From: Thermoproteota archaeon
Lineage (GTDB): Archaea > Thermoproteota > EX4484-205 > JAAOZP01
Direction of reading: 5' to 3'
Length of the DNA stretch: 28,050 nucleotides
Assembly: GCA_049700215.1 (NCBI GenBank)
Contig: JBNAVT010000026.1
Span: 1-28,050, forward strand
Of this stretch, positions 26,852 through 28,050 are shown one piece after another. The notes under the pieces are model-generated. The model was given only the letters and a program-made list of their open reading frames with translations, was not told the origin of the DNA and made no database searches. The position numbers and the translations under genes are program-made. How positions within the stretch are numbered: position 1 is the first letter of the stretch; every line of letters starts with the position of its first letter.

Positions 26852-27430
26852 ATGAGAGTAAAGGCTTCTAAGAAAGCCATAAGGGCGCTCGGGGTGGCTG
26901 AAAGCTTCCGAAAAGGCTCAGTCAAGGCTTTTCTAGCCGGAGTAGTCATGCGCAGCGACTTCATAATAGACGGTTTCGCCATCAACCGTACAACCATCTC
27001 CGGGGACGACGCTACAGACTCCGTTATAGCCCTCTACAGTTCCCTGGGCAGGCAGGATATTAACCTGGTTATGATTGGGGGAGCAGTCATAAGCATGTAC
27101 AACATCGTCGACGTTAACAGGGTTTTCGAGGAAACCGGGAAGCCGGTGTTAGCAGTAACCTACAGGCCCTCCGAGGGGATTGAGGAAGCCCTCAAGAAGC
27201 ATTTCCCGGGTAACTGGGAGGGTAAGCTTGAAGCCTACAGGAGGCTCGGCCCCAGGAGGGAGGTCACGCTGAAAAACGGCTTTAAAGTCTTCGTTAGAAA
27301 CATCGGCATAGATGATTATGATTCAAGGCTTGTTTTAAACAGGTTCACGCGCTTCGGAAGAATCCCGGAGCCGATTCGCGTGGCAAGGCTTCTCGCTAGA
27401 AGCCTTTTACCCATGGGGGCTACGCTTTAG
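26852..27430 (+). CDS. DUF99 family protein (endonuclease V-like fold)
   Basis: RALGVAESF, LAGVVMRSD..IDG, GDDAT, R.DIN, ISMYNIVD and PEPIRVA. Confidence 0.88.
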   Translation: MRVKASKKAIRALGVAESFRKGSVKAFLAGVVMRSDFIIDGFAINRTTISGDDATDSVIALYSSLGRQDINLVMIGGAVISMYNIVDVNRVFEETGKPVLAVTYRPSEGIEEALKKHFPGNWEGKLEAYRRLGPRREVTLKNGFKVFVRNIGIDDYDSRLVLNRFTRFGRIPEPIRVARLLARSLLPMGATL

Positions 27431-27518
27431 AATCCTTTGAGACGGCTTTTTACAAGTTTCCCCCGGATTGCTCCTAGAGTAAAAAAATATAACCAGTGTT
27501 TCCCGAGCAGACTTGACG

Positions 27519-27800
27519 ATGAGGACGAGGGCTCTCCGTGGAATAGTTGAGGGACCCAGGCTTGGAATGAAGAGCGTGAAGAAACACCAGTATCTAGCTA
27601 GGTTTGAGGGGGTCTCGGAAAGGCGGGAGGCTGCTAGGCGGCTCCTCGGAAGGAAAGTAGTATGCATCCTGAGAAGGGGGAAGAAGGTCTTCGGCAGGGT
27701 CACTGGGCTGCACGGGAGGAGAGGGACGGTTAGGGTAAGGTTTAGAAGAGGACTGCCGGAGCCTTCCAGCGGCCTGCCCCTCCTCCTCTTAGAGTCTTGA
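27519..27800 (+). CDS. rpl35ae: 50S ribosomal protein L35Ae (eL33)
   Basis: Highly basic. GV..RREA..LLGRKV, G...G.V...HG..G.VRVRF..GLP matches eL33. Alternative TTG start at 27513. Confidence 0.85.
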   Translation: MRTRALRGIVEGPRLGMKSVKKHQYLARFEGVSERREAARRLLGRKVVCILRRGKKVFGRVTGLHGRRGTVRVRFRRGLPEPSSGLPLLLLES

Positions 27801-28050
27801 GTCAAGCGTAAATGTTGAAAGCAGCTTCAGCAAGCATCAGTACGCAATGTCCTGTAAAAGCAAGTCCGGTGGGAAGAGGGGGCCAGACGACCCTTGTCCC
27901 TGCGGAAGCGGCAAGAAACATAAAGACTGTTGCTGGCGGAAATAGCCTGAACAGCCAGTTTTCTTTTTCCCTGTTTTCAACGTTTAAAGCCTTCACCCAG
28001 CCTACCCCGGGCTCCGGAGCCACCCATCACCATCGTGAGGTCTAACAGGC

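Noticed and set aside
27802-28050. ORFs 27802-28023 (-) and 27812-28045 (+)
   Set aside because: No recognisable motifs, they are mutually antisense, and they lie at the window edge. Neither can be supported.
1-28050. CRISPR arrays, rRNA, IS elements
   Set aside because: No regularly spaced repeats, rRNA-like sequence or transposase motifs were noticed on reading.

Overview
A gene-dense (~50% GC) archaeal chromosomal segment, most likely from a thermophilic TACK/Thermoproteota-type lineage. This is inferred from eL33, PDO, TrpB2, the intron-containing tRNA and many TTG starts. It contains: a tRNA-modification cluster (Trbp111-like, Sua5, GNAT, ubiquitin-like sulfur carrier + TtuA/NcsA); a 2-oxoacid chain-elongation cluster (homocitrate-synthase-like enzyme with a C-terminal RAM domain, two-subunit aconitase, beta-decarboxylating dehydrogenase with an NADP-type signature); an ECF S-component / type II pantothenate kinase / dUTPase operon; PhoU; tRNA-Cys(GCA) with two introns; trpB2 divergent from a TrpY-like regulator; and several housekeeping or DUF genes. 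The most unusual element is a 920-aa protein (14392-17154, -) that fuses two Cdc48/VAT-like classic AAA rings to a C-terminal Lon (S16) Ser-Lys protease domain. It shares a perfectly palindromic bidirectional promoter with an uncharacterised membrane protein and sits beside further membrane-protein genes. This is a candidate new type of self-contained ATP-dependent protease system. No mobile elements, CRISPR arrays or rRNA were seen. All annotations come from motif recognition by eye; no database searches were run.
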